A DNA stretch of 49,551 bases. It comes from Candidatus Poriferisocius aerobius (GTDB taxonomy: Bacteria; Actinomycetota; Acidimicrobiia; Acidimicrobiales; Bin134). The stretch is taken from positions 1 through 49,551 of the forward strand of contig JAPYOC010000101.1 in the NCBI GenBank assembly GCA_028278955.1, in the 5' to 3' direction. Position 1 is the stretch's first letter. Each line of letters opens with the position of its first letter. The notes under the pieces are model-generated. The model was not told where the DNA came from and made no database searches. It saw only the letters and a program-made list of their open reading frames with translations. A program made the position numbers and the translations under genes. Positions 1 to 9,154 of this stretch are shown in pieces.

Positions 1-759
1 GCCCCGCACCTCCACCCTGACCGCCCCCAGCTTCCCCTCAAGATGCGGTGGCCGCAACATCGGCAGCCAGGAACTGAAGCGATCTCGGCGGGTGGCCGCC
101 ATTCGAGCCGTGATCCGATCCACCCCAGGAAACTTCCGGATCAGCAACAGCGGGTCGGCAAGCGCGGCCCGATAGCAGTCGGCCGCGTCCACCGGACTGG
201 GAAACCAGCACAGTTCCCGGCCTGACCCCCCCGGGCGCTGCCTCCACCCGTGCCGCCACTCCAACGCCCGCGAACTCAATGCCCGGTGGTGCTGGCGGGC
301 GCAATCCGGTCCTCCAGTACCGAACTTGGCCACATGCACTTCCGTCACCAGGTCGAAGTGCTCGGCCGCCCGCGCCGCCAGGACATCGCTCAATCCCGGT
401 GCCATGCCCACCCCCGCGACCACCAGCGAGCCCTGCCGCTCAGCCGCGCCGCGCATGGCCAGCAGCCGACGCACATCAGACACCGAGTCAGACGTGGCCA
501 GCACCACCCGAGGGCCGCTGAGAAACCGGTGGGCCAGACGGGCTTGGCTGCCGGATGCGGTGGCCAGCACCACCACATCTGCGGGATCATCCAGACGGCC
601 CACGGTCACCGAAGAGCCGTGCCTTCGGGACAGCTGCCGGGCCCGGTCTGGGTTCCGATCTACGACCCCCACCCTGCCGACGGGGCCCGACGGTGCGTCG
701 GCCAGGCGTTTCACCACACTGGCCCCCACCACTCCCGCACCGACAACCAAGACGTCCAT
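1..759 (-). CDS. Rossmann-fold NAD(P)-binding oxidoreductase, saccharopine dehydrogenase-like (partial, runs off the window start)
   Basis: Absent from the ORF track because there is no stop in the window. Manual translation from ATG 759 gives MDVLVVGAGVVGASVVKRLA (GxGxxG) ... GVGMAPGLSDVLA ... EGKLGAVRVEVRG, open for 253 codons. GxxPG(L)S is typical of saccharopine-dehydrogenase-like proteins. Confidence 0.75.
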   Translation of the reverse strand, partial: MDVLVVGAGVVGASVVKRLADAPSGPVGRVGVVDRNPDRARQLSRRHGSSVTVGRLDDPADVVVLATASGSQARLAHRFLSGPRVVLATSDSVSDVRRLLAMRGAAERQGSLVVAGVGMAPGLSDVLAARAAEHFDLVTEVHVAKFGTGGPDCARQHHRALSSRALEWRHGWRQRPGGSGRELCWFPSPVDAADCYRAALADPLLLIRKFPGVDRITARMAATRRDRFSSWLPMLRPPHLEGKLGAVRVEVRG

Positions 760-778
760 GCGGCTCAGCGAGCGGAGA

Positions 779-925
779 TCAGAACCTGTTGCTGCCGCTG
801 ATCTGGCGCCATCCGCCCGATCGAGGCGGGAAGCCGCCCGGGCCCCGAACCCGCAGAACGCTCGCAATGGCCACCGCCCCGGTCAGAGCAACCAGCGCTC
901 TTCGCAGAATCTTCACGGCTTCCAT
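779..925 (-). CDS. Small 48-aa putative membrane-anchored protein
   Basis: Manual translation MEAVKILRRALVALTGAVAIASVLRVRGPGGFPPRSGGWRQISGSNRF*. Basic N-terminus plus hydrophobic helix; fills the gap between tRNA-Ile and the oxidoreductase on the same strand. Confidence 0.5.
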   Translation of the reverse strand: MEAVKILRRALVALTGAVAIASVLRVRGPGGFPPRSGGWRQISGSNRF

Positions 926-935
926 CCTAATGGTG

Positions 936-1009
<74 letters not shown>

Positions 1010-1031
1010 AAAGCCAAAGCAGACTACGAGC

Positions 1032-1544
1032 CTACCGAGGAGGGTTCCAGACAGGCCAACGAAATCGCCGAGGCCGGCTACGAGGCCGTTGGCGAGCCGT
1101 CTCCTCCTCGATGACCGTGACCCGCACCCCACCGGTCAGGTCGCTGATGAGGTTGAAGAGAACGCACAGCAAGACGTTGAAGAACGTGCCCGCCACCACG
1201 AGCACGAGCCCGCCGACGGCAAAGCCGCGGAATATTTGGCCGGCGTTGAACGTGAACTCCGCCAACGCGAACAGTTCCTCAATGAACGATTCTGTGTCAT
1301 CCACGGTGCCCGACCCCACTGCGATGCTCCACAGCATCACGCCGGCCAGCATCACAATGAACCACAGGCACAGATAGAAGATCAGCGATATCTTCAATAC
1401 CGACCAGGGCTCGACATGGCGGACTACTCGGCGCACCTTGCGGGCCTGCAAGCGCACCGCCCGGCGATACTCCCTCGGGGTGACCTTCACCGGTTGGCGC
1501 GCCACTGGCTGAGAAGGCAACGAAGGGCCAAGGGGGTCGCTCAC
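1032..1544 (-). CDS. DUF3566-domain membrane protein
   Basis: RKVRRVVRHVEPWSVLKISL ... LFNLISDLTGGVRVTV motif; usual position between gyrA and tRNA-Ile in Actinobacteria. Start placed at GTG 1544, which overlaps the upstream stop (GTGA). Confidence 0.85.
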   Translation of the reverse strand: MSDPLGPSLPSQPVARQPVKVTPREYRRAVRLQARKVRRVVRHVEPWSVLKISLIFYLCLWFIVMLAGVMLWSIAVGSGTVDDTESFIEELFALAEFTFNAGQIFRGFAVGGLVLVVAGTFFNVLLCVLFNLISDLTGGVRVTVIEEETARQRPRSRPRRFRWPVWNPPR

Positions 1545-1942
1545 CCGACCGGGGTCTGTGGACACGCTGCGAAGTGTACGGGATCGCCAGCGGAAAGCGA
1601 TTGGCACTGCCACCAGCCGCGAGGGCGGAACTCCGCTCTGGCCGTTGCCACGGACCCGTCCCGGCGCACGGTCACCTCCGTTTGAAAAAGTCCTGGTTCA
1701 AAGACCTCTCGGCGCGCCGAGACCAGCGTCGCCCGATTGGCCGCAGCAACCCTCGGAGCCGCATGCGGGTCAGCTGCGGCCGCGAGCGCCACCACATCGG
1801 CGACGGCGGCCGCCCGGGCCCGGTGGACCGTTTCCGCGCCCAACTGGCCCAAGAGCACCACCGCCATCCCGATCACGGCCAAGATCCCCACCCCCACCAA
1901 CGAGATCGATCCCCGCTCGTCCATTTCACTGCTCCGTTGCAT
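1541..1942 (-). CDS. TadE-like / Rv3654c-like pseudopilin
   Basis: DERG|SISLV class III signal-like motif, hydrophobic helix, RARAAAVADVVALAAA motif, C-terminal ATARA motif. Confidence 0.65.
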   Translation of the reverse strand: MQRSSEMDERGSISLVGVGILAVIGMAVVLLGQLGAETVHRARAAAVADVVALAAAADPHAAPRVAAANRATLVSARREVFEPGLFQTEVTVRRDGSVATARAEFRPRGWWQCQSLSAGDPVHFAACPQTPVG

Positions 1943-1972
1943 GGGGAGGGGGAAGTTTCGCCGAAGCAGAGG

Positions 1973-4441
1973 CTACTGCTCTTCTGCTGCACTGGAAAGA
2001 ACGGGGGCGACCGCCACCACCAGCTGCTCTTTGGCCAAGCTCATGACCCGCACCCCCGAGGCGTCGCGCCCCATCACGGAGACCGACGAGACCGGTATTC
2101 GGATCGTCACCCCATTGGACGCCACCATGAACACCTCGTCTTCGGGAAGCACTACCCGCGCCGCCACAACAGTGCCTCTTCCGTCCATCATCCTCATCGC
2201 CCGCATTCCCAACCCGCCTCGGTGCTTGGGTCGAAACTCATCCAGCGATGTGCGCTTTCCGAATCCCTGGTCGGTGACCAGCAGCATTTCGTCGCCGGGC
2301 TGCACCGCGCTGGCAGCAACCACCACATCGTCGTCTCGCAGCCTCATTCCCCGCACCCCGGCGGCGTTTCTTCCCATGGCTCGGACTTCGTTCTCCTCAA
2401 AGCGCATCAGCTGGCCTGATGCGCTTATCAGGCAGATGTCGTCGGATCCAGTGGTAGGGAGCACTCGCACGAGTTCGTCGCCGGATCGGAGGTTGAGGGC
2501 GATAAGCCCCCGGGAGCGGTTCTTGTCGTACTCCAAGAACCGGGTTCGCTTCACCACCCCTTGCCGGGTGACAAACAGCAAGTACCGCATCGTCTCGTAG
2601 TCGCGGGTGTCGATCACCGCGGAAACGGTCTCCTCGGGCGCCAGCTGAAGCAGATTGACGATGGCCATGCCTCGGGCGGTGCGGCTGGTTCGGGGCACTT
2701 CATGGGCCTTTATGCGATACACCCTTCCCAGGTTGGTGAAGAACAGCAAATAGGCATGGGCAGTGGTGTGAATGAGGTTGGCGATGTAATCGCCGTCCTT
2801 CAGGTTGGCCCCGATGACTCCCTTGCCTCCTCTCCCCTGGGTCTTGAACTCGTCGGGTGCGACGGTCTTGACGTACCCGGCCGCACTCAAGCTGAACATC
2901 AGATCCTCATCGTCGATCAGCGCCTCGATGTCGATGTCCCCCTCATCGGCGGCGATCTGCGTCCGCCGGTCGTTGGCGTAGGCCTCTCGCACGGCCAGGA
3001 GCTCTTCGCGAATAACCGCTCGCAGTTTGCGACTGTCGGCCAAAATGGCTTCCAACTCGACTATGAGGGCGCGTTTGTCGGCCAGCTCGTCGCTCAGTTC
3101 TTGACGTCCGAGCTGGGTCAGCCGGCCCAGCGGCAGATCCAAGATGTGGTTGGCCTGGATCTCGCTGAACCCGTACTGCTCCCCCGTCAGCGTGGCTCGG
3201 GCCGCGGCCCGGTTCTCGGAGGCCCGAATGGCGGCGATGATCTCGTCGATCAAGTCCACCGCCCGCACTAATCCCTCCAGGATGTGCTCCCGTCGGCGGG
3301 CTTCGTCCAACCGGAACTCCGTCCGGCGGCGCACCACCTCCTGCTGGTGGGCGGCGTAGGCAGTCAGACACTCCCGCAGGGTCATCGTCCGGGGCACCCC
3401 GTCGACGAGGGCCACCATGTTCACGGAGAAATTGGATTGCAGTGGAGAGTGCTTGTACAGGTTGTTGAGGACGACCAATGCGGGGGCGTCTTTCTTCAAC
3501 TCGAACACCAACCTGGTTTGGCCCTTGGCCGACTCGTTGTGAATCTGGCGTATGCCGTCGATCACTCGCCGGTTCACAAGATCGGCCACCTTCTCCTCAA
3601 TGACCTCGGCGCTGGTTTGGTACGGGATCTCGGTGACCACGATCCTGGTGTTGGCGCCGCTCTCCACAATCTCCGCCGCAGCTCGCACTTTGATGGCACC
3701 TTGGCCGGTGGTGTAAGCCTCCCGAATGCCCCGATAGCCCATGATGAGGCCGCGTGTGGGAAAATCCGGGCCCCTCACAAATGCCATCAAATCCTCGCTG
3801 GTGGCCTCGGGGTTCTCCAATAGATGGTTGACGGCGTCGATCACCTCACCGAGGTTGTGGGGCGGGATGTTGGTGGCCATCCCCACCGCGATGCCCTGAC
3901 TGCCGTTCACCAGAAGATTGGGGAAACGCGAGGGCAGAACCAACGGCTCCTGCTCGGTGGAATCGAAGTTGTCGGAGAAATCGACGGTCTGCTCGTCGAT
4001 GCCGTCCAACAGCCTCATGGCCAGCTCGTCGAGGCGGCACTCCGTATACCGCATGGCCGCGGGCGGGTCGTTGGGAGAGCCAAAGTTCCCGTGCGGGTCG
4101 ATCAGCGGATGCCTGAGCGAGAACAGCTGCCCTAGGCGAACGAGGGCGTCATAGATGGCCTGATCGCCGTGGGGGTGGTATTTGCCCATGACATCGCCCA
4201 CCACTCGAGCGCACTTCACATAGGGCCGATTGGGCCTGTTTCCCTGATCGTACATTCCCCACAGAATGCGACGGTGAACCGGCTTCAGACCGTCCCGCAC
4301 GTCGGGGAGCGCTCGGGCGGTGATGACCGACATGGCATAGTCCAAAAAGGACTGCTCCATCTCGGTCTGGATGTCGATGTCCTGGACAGTGCCGCCCAGT
4401 GCGTCCTCGGATTCAAACACGTCGTCGGGCTTATCGGACAC
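1973..4441 (-). CDS. gyrA: DNA gyrase subunit A
   Basis: [29 protein letters not shown] catalytic Tyr, GyrA-box QGRGGKG, beta-pinwheel repeats; 822 aa. Confidence 0.99.
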   Translation of the reverse strand: MSDKPDDVFESEDALGGTVQDIDIQTEMEQSFLDYAMSVITARALPDVRDGLKPVHRRILWGMYDQGNRPNRPYVKCARVVGDVMGKYHPHGDQAIYDALVRLGQLFSLRHPLIDPHGNFGSPNDPPAAMRYTECRLDELAMRLLDGIDEQTVDFSDNFDSTEQEPLVLPSRFPNLLVNGSQGIAVGMATNIPPHNLGEVIDAVNHLLENPEATSEDLMAFVRGPDFPTRGLIMGYRGIREAYTTGQGAIKVRAAAEIVESGANTRIVVTEIPYQTSAEVIEEKVADLVNRRVIDGIRQIHNESAKGQTRLVFELKKDAPALVVLNNLYKHSPLQSNFSVNMVALVDGVPRTMTLRECLTAYAAHQQEVVRRRTEFRLDEARRREHILEGLVRAVDLIDEIIAAIRASENRAAARATLTGEQYGFSEIQANHILDLPLGRLTQLGRQELSDELADKRALIVELEAILADSRKLRAVIREELLAVREAYANDRRTQIAADEGDIDIEALIDDEDLMFSLSAAGYVKTVAPDEFKTQGRGGKGVIGANLKDGDYIANLIHTTAHAYLLFFTNLGRVYRIKAHEVPRTSRTARGMAIVNLLQLAPEETVSAVIDTRDYETMRYLLFVTRQGVVKRTRFLEYDKNRSRGLIALNLRSGDELVRVLPTTGSDDICLISASGQLMRFEENEVRAMGRNAAGVRGMRLRDDDVVVAASAVQPGDEMLLVTDQGFGKRTSLDEFRPKHRGGLGMRAMRMMDGRGTVVAARVVLPEDEVFMVASNGVTIRIPVSSVSVMGRDASGVRVMSLAKEQLVVAVAPVLSSAAEEQ

Positions 4442-4456
4442 GGGTCTTCTTGCCGA

Positions 4457-6448
4457 TCAGATGTCCAAGAACCGGACGTCTTTGGCGTTGTTCTGGATAA
4501 ACCTCTTCCTCTCCTGCACATCTTCGCCCATAAGCTTGGAGAACACCCGATCGGCGTCAGCGGCCTGCTCTACAGAGACTCGCAGCAAGGTGCGCCGAGC
4601 CGGATCCATGGTGGTCGACCACAATTCGTCAGAATCCATCTCGCCGAGCCCTTTGAGCCGCTGGAATTCGGCACTGTGCTTGGGATTCTCAGCCAGGAAG
4701 GCTTCTTTGGCGTGATCGTCCTTCAAGTATTTCTTAGAGCGGCCGACTTCTGTGGAATAAAGCGGGGGCTGGGCAATGTACACCCGACCCTCTTTGACCA
4801 GCTTGCGCATTTGCCGGTAGAAGAAAGTGAGCAGCAGAGTTCGTATATGGCTGCCGTCCACATCGGCGTCAGCAAGCAGAATCACTTTGCCGTAGCGGAT
4901 GCGAGACTCAGGGGTGAGAGCATCTTGACTAGCCGTCTTGTTGTCGTCGCCGTTTTCGCCGCCGCCGTCGAAGTGCTCGCCGAAGGCGGCGCCAATGGCA
5001 GCAATCAGCGCTTGAATCTCCGTATTGCGGAGCATCCGGTCCACTTGAACCCGTTCGACATTCAAGATCTTTCCCCGAATAGGAAGAATAGCCATGGTCT
5101 TGGGATCGCGGGCGTCTTTGGCCGATCCACCAGCCGAGTTTCCCTCCACAATGAACAGTTCGCACTCCTCCCGTTTGGTGGATGTGCAGTCCACCAGCTT
5201 CCCGGGAAGTCCCGCACCGTCGAGAGCTGACTTCCGCCGGGTGGCATCCCGGGCTTGCCGAGCGGCCAGCCTGGCTTTTTGGGCCTGGAGGCATTTGGCC
5301 GTGATCTTGCGGGCGTCAGCAGGATTCTCTTCTAGCCACTCCGCCAGCTTCTCGTTGGTGGTCCGCTCCACCAGTGAGCGGATAGAGGCATTGCCCAATT
5401 TGGCTTTGGTCTGCCCTTCAAATTGCGGTTCTCGCAACCTCACACTCACAATGGCCGTCAGTCCTTCTCGGATATCCTCGCCAGCCAGATTGTCGTCTTT
5501 GTCCTTCAGCTGTCCTTTGGCTCGGCAATAGTCGTTCACTACTCTAGTGAGTCCTTTTCGGAACCCTTCCTCATGCATACCACCCTCAACGGTGTTGATG
5601 CCGTTGGCAAAAGAATGAAGGCCGTCGGTGTTGTAACCGGTGTTCCATTGAAAGGCCACTTCCACTTCATCGCCATCTTCTTGCTGCGAGAAGAAACCAA
5701 CTTCTTCGAACAGAGCTTCTTTGGAAAGGTTCACTTCGCGAACGAAATCACTGATGCCCTCTTGATAGCAATACGCGGTCCAATCAGCACCGCCAGTGCC
5801 GTCCAATCTCAAATCCCGGAACTTGATCTCCAGATCACGATTCAAAAATGCCATCATCTGAAGCCGCTCGCACAGTCCCTGAGCCCTGAACCGCACATCA
5901 TCGAAAATGCTTCCGTCGGGCCAGAAGCGAACCGTCGTGCCGGTATGGTTCTCGGAGCTGTCGCCCACAGCCCGCAGCTCATCTACGATCTTCCCGCCGT
6001 TGCCGAACGACATCGAGTAGCGGCGGCCGTCTCGATCGATTTCCACCTCTACCCGGGTAGACAGAGCATTGACCACCGAGACGCCCACACCGTGCAAGCC
6101 GCCCGAAACTTTGTAGCCATTACCCCCGAACTTGCCACCCGCATGCAAAATGGTAAGCACTACTGCCACTGCGCTCATCTCCGGGTGCTGGGGATGGGGA
6201 TCCACCGGAATACCCCTTCCGTTGTCGCGAACCTCGCAACCGCCGTCGGCCAACAGTGTTACTTCAATGGTTGTGCAATACCCGGCCATTGCCTCGTCGA
6301 CGGCGTTGTCCACCACTTCGTAGACCAGATGGTGCAGCCCGGTCACCGAGGTGGAGCCGATATACATGCCCGGACGCGTCCGCACGGCATCAAGGCCTTC
6401 CAAAACGGTTATGTCCTCAGCTCTGTAAGAGTCAGAGATGTCAGTCAC
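4457..6448 (-). CDS. gyrB: DNA gyrase subunit B
   Basis: LEGLDAVRTRPGMYIG, EVVDNAVDE, GLHGVG, EGNSAGG, PIRGKILN, DADVDG, RLKGLGEM. Confidence 0.99.
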   Translation of the reverse strand: MTDISDSYRAEDITVLEGLDAVRTRPGMYIGSTSVTGLHHLVYEVVDNAVDEAMAGYCTTIEVTLLADGGCEVRDNGRGIPVDPHPQHPEMSAVAVVLTILHAGGKFGGNGYKVSGGLHGVGVSVVNALSTRVEVEIDRDGRRYSMSFGNGGKIVDELRAVGDSSENHTGTTVRFWPDGSIFDDVRFRAQGLCERLQMMAFLNRDLEIKFRDLRLDGTGGADWTAYCYQEGISDFVREVNLSKEALFEEVGFFSQQEDGDEVEVAFQWNTGYNTDGLHSFANGINTVEGGMHEEGFRKGLTRVVNDYCRAKGQLKDKDDNLAGEDIREGLTAIVSVRLREPQFEGQTKAKLGNASIRSLVERTTNEKLAEWLEENPADARKITAKCLQAQKARLAARQARDATRRKSALDGAGLPGKLVDCTSTKREECELFIVEGNSAGGSAKDARDPKTMAILPIRGKILNVERVQVDRMLRNTEIQALIAAIGAAFGEHFDGGGENGDDNKTASQDALTPESRIRYGKVILLADADVDGSHIRTLLLTFFYRQMRKLVKEGRVYIAQPPLYSTEVGRSKKYLKDDHAKEAFLAENPKHSAEFQRLKGLGEMDSDELWSTTMDPARRTLLRVSVEQAADADRVFSKLMGEDVQERKRFIQNNAKDVRFLDI

Positions 6449-6591
6449 GACATGGCTTTTCTGCCCCGCTAGGCGGGTCTCGTGGATGGGCAGAGCGGCC
6501 GCTGCCGCCGGACTTTGGGTCTTGCGACCAGCCTGGCGGAGAGCACCGCTTCCAATCAGATCATTCTATCAGTTTTGAGCACCCGTTTGGC

Positions 6592-6948
6592 TCACCGAGT
6601 ACGGACTTTGACTGTCAGCGAGGCGACAGCCTCCTCCTTGGCCGCCGCGTTGATCCGACCGATGAGCTCGCTGCTGAAAAACCTCATTTCGGTCGCCCAT
6701 GCGGGATCGTCCACCGTCACAATCAACTCGCCGGCGACGAGCCGCACCGGCGACGAATGGGTGGCCAGTACCTCGCCCACCAGATCCTCCCACGCTCTAA
6801 ACACCATCCTCAGCACATGCGCCCGAGGCGATTTCAACTCCGACGCCACCTGGTCCAGTGCTTCTTCCAAGCGTCGAGGTCCTCTCGGTTTGCCCAATGG
6901 CTCCCAGCCCATCGGCCAAGTCTGCCCCGATAGCATGGCCAATACCAC
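6592..6948 (-). CDS. dciA: DciA / DUF721 family protein
   Basis: WEDLVGEVLATHSSP ... LIVTVDDPAWATEM motif; lies between recF and gyrB. The start may be ATG 6912. Confidence 0.85.
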   Translation of the reverse strand: MVLAMLSGQTWPMGWEPLGKPRGPRRLEEALDQVASELKSPRAHVLRMVFRAWEDLVGEVLATHSSPVRLVAGELIVTVDDPAWATEMRFFSSELIGRINAAAKEEAVASLTVKVRTR

Positions 6949-6955
6949 TAGGAGG

Positions 6956-8041
6956 TCACACTTCCCGGACGATTTGATGGTCCTGCACTCGAAACCGGGC
7001 GTTGTAGTTGAGAGAGGACGGCAATGCCCCCGCGGCGGTCAAAAAGGTCTGCTCAGAGCGCAAAGCGCTCAGCACCCCACGCGACCTATCCGGATCAAGT
7101 TCCGAGAACACATCGTCCAAGAGCAACAAAGGCGACTGGCCGGCGGCCTCACCCAATTCTCGGTGGGCAGCAAGACGTAGCGCCAGGGCGAGCGACCGCT
7201 GTTCCCCCTGGGAGGCGTGCGTCCGGGCCGGCTTCCCGTTGAGCAGAACCAAGACATCATCGCGGTGGGGGCCCACGGTGGTCACCCCTCGACGCAGATC
7301 CTCCTGGCGAGCGTGATGCAGCGCTTTCTTCAGCTCCCCCGGTTGCCACATCGACTGGTAGGTGAGATTGATCGGAATTTCTCGGAGGGCGATCTCCTGA
7401 TAAGCCGTTGCCGCCTTTTCAGCTAAATTTGCCAGCAAGTTTTGACGAGCTGCAACTACCTGCTCACCGATATCGGCCAATTTCTCATCCCACACATCTA
7501 GCGTCATGGCTGTTTCCGGGTCAAGACGACCCCTGGTTTGGCGAAGCAGAGCATTTCGCTGCCGTAAGACGTTTTCCATATTCGACCGGGCTGTATCATG
7601 TCGAGGATCAATTTGGCTCAGAGCCTCATCAAGAAATCGGCGCCGTTCTTCTGGACCTTCTTTGAGCAATGCCAGATCATCGGGCATGAAGATTGATATC
7701 GGGACCACCCCTAGCAGATCGCGACGTCGAACTCTCTGGCGGTTCATCTGAAACTGGGAACGGCCAGTCGACCGCAACACGGCTTCAAAAAGAACTTCTC
7801 TGCGGTTGATTCCCATCTGGCCTCGAACCACCGCTTCTTTGATGTTCGGACCCTTTCGAATCAAAGCGTCGGTGGTGTTGACTCGAAACGATGTCATCGT
7901 CGCCAAGTAAAAGATCGCCTCCAGTAAATTCGTCTTGCCCGCACCATTGGGCCCAACAATGAGACTGGTGCCGAGCGGAAGCTCTAACTCAAGATGAGAA
8001 TAATTGCGAAAATCCGCTAACCAAAGCCGCTGAAGATGCAC
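6956..8041 (-). CDS. recF: DNA replication/repair protein RecF
   Basis: FRNY, GPNGAGKTN Walker A, GPHRDD, SQGEQR, LLLDDVFSELD. Confidence 0.98.
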   Translation of the reverse strand: MHLQRLWLADFRNYSHLELELPLGTSLIVGPNGAGKTNLLEAIFYLATMTSFRVNTTDALIRKGPNIKEAVVRGQMGINRREVLFEAVLRSTGRSQFQMNRQRVRRRDLLGVVPISIFMPDDLALLKEGPEERRRFLDEALSQIDPRHDTARSNMENVLRQRNALLRQTRGRLDPETAMTLDVWDEKLADIGEQVVAARQNLLANLAEKAATAYQEIALREIPINLTYQSMWQPGELKKALHHARQEDLRRGVTTVGPHRDDVLVLLNGKPARTHASQGEQRSLALALRLAAHRELGEAAGQSPLLLLDDVFSELDPDRSRGVLSALRSEQTFLTAAGALPSSLNYNARFRVQDHQIVREV

Positions 8042-8048
8042 ACTGCAC

Positions 8049-8912
8049 TCAGTTGATGCGAACGGGCATCAACAAATACAGGAATTCCTCCGCCCCAGGA
8101 GTGCGGATCACAGCAGGCTTCAAGGCATCCACAGTATTCAAGACTATCTCCTCACCCTGAGCTGCCTCCGCCCCGTCCAACAAGTACTCCGGGTTGAAAT
8201 CCCCCTCAATCAACCTGGTTGTCACCGTGACTGCTCCCAAATTGAAAGAAGCCTCTTGATCGCTAAAGCGAACACTGATTTTCTCAATACCTTCCAGCAA
8301 GCGAATCACTTCTTGCAATGTTCGTGATGGAACCAGAACGCTCTGAGCAGAACCAAGTACTTCTAAACCAGGAAGATCACACAATGCCAATCGATATGAG
8401 TCTGTTGTAACCAAGCGAAGTCCTTCTTCTTCTGCAGACAGCAGCACCCCCGTCAACACTGGCCGCGATTCATCCGATGAAGCTGCTTTCACAACTTGTT
8501 TGAGAGCCAGCAGCAATGTTTCTGTCTCCAACACTACCGGATCACTGTTAAGTTCTGCGGTAAGGGGAAAATCTCCCGTTCTCATAGTTTGCAACGAAAA
8601 CTTCGAGCGCGCTGAATCGATCTGAATGCCCTCCTCATCTACGGCCACATTCACCGCACCAGCGTCAAGCGATCGAACCACATCACTTGCTAGTCGAGCT
8701 GTCACCACCGTTTCACCATCAATAGATCCAGCCACGGCCAAGGTCATTGAGATACTCAACTCGCGGTCGGTAGCCGTAAACGTCAATTCATCTCCTCGCA
8801 GCGCCATATGCACACCGGAAAGAATCAGCTGGAACCCTCCTCGGGTTCCAGCTGCCCGACCAGTTACCGTCAATGCTTCTAACAAGGCATCTCTTTCGCA
8901 TCGGAATTTCAC
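8049..8912 (-). CDS. dnaN: DNA polymerase III beta sliding clamp with an apparent in-frame internal deletion (287 aa)
   Basis: ATDRE, SRPVLTGV, TDSYRLA and C-terminal YLLMPVR motifs; lies between dnaA and recF. RLIEGDF is joined directly to NPEYLLD, so about 78 aa of domain III are missing. Confidence 0.93.
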   Translation of the reverse strand: MKFRCERDALLEALTVTGRAAGTRGGFQLILSGVHMALRGDELTFTATDRELSISMTLAVAGSIDGETVVTARLASDVVRSLDAGAVNVAVDEEGIQIDSARSKFSLQTMRTGDFPLTAELNSDPVVLETETLLLALKQVVKAASSDESRPVLTGVLLSAEEEGLRLVTTDSYRLALCDLPGLEVLGSAQSVLVPSRTLQEVIRLLEGIEKISVRFSDQEASFNLGAVTVTTRLIEGDFNPEYLLDGAEAAQGEEIVLNTVDALKPAVIRTPGAEEFLYLLMPVRIN

Positions 8913-9154
8913 AGAGTGCTCACTTTCTTATCTGCATAGATAATTTTAAATAACTGTTGTTAGCAGTAGGTCGGTGGAAATGTGGAAAAGTGCTATTTTC
9001 CCTGGTAAACCCCCATATATTGCACTGATTAGTTTCCCCAGGTGAGGGGATAATCTTCAACGTTGGCTTTTCACCTGTGGAATGAGTTTGAGTTATGCCC
9101 AGAAGATGGATATTTTCCCCAGCATTTTCTTCCATAATTCCCCAGCGTCGCCCG
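8913..9154. other. oriC: Chromosomal replication origin oriC (dnaA-dnaN intergenic region)
   Basis: AT-rich intergenic region. On the minus strand it reads TTTTCCACA (8989-8981), a second overlapping box-like element, then CCTACTGCTAACAACAG (DnaA-trio-like) and TTATTTAAAATTAT. Several more degenerate boxes (TTTCCCCAG-type, TGTGGAATG) are present. Confidence 0.85.
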
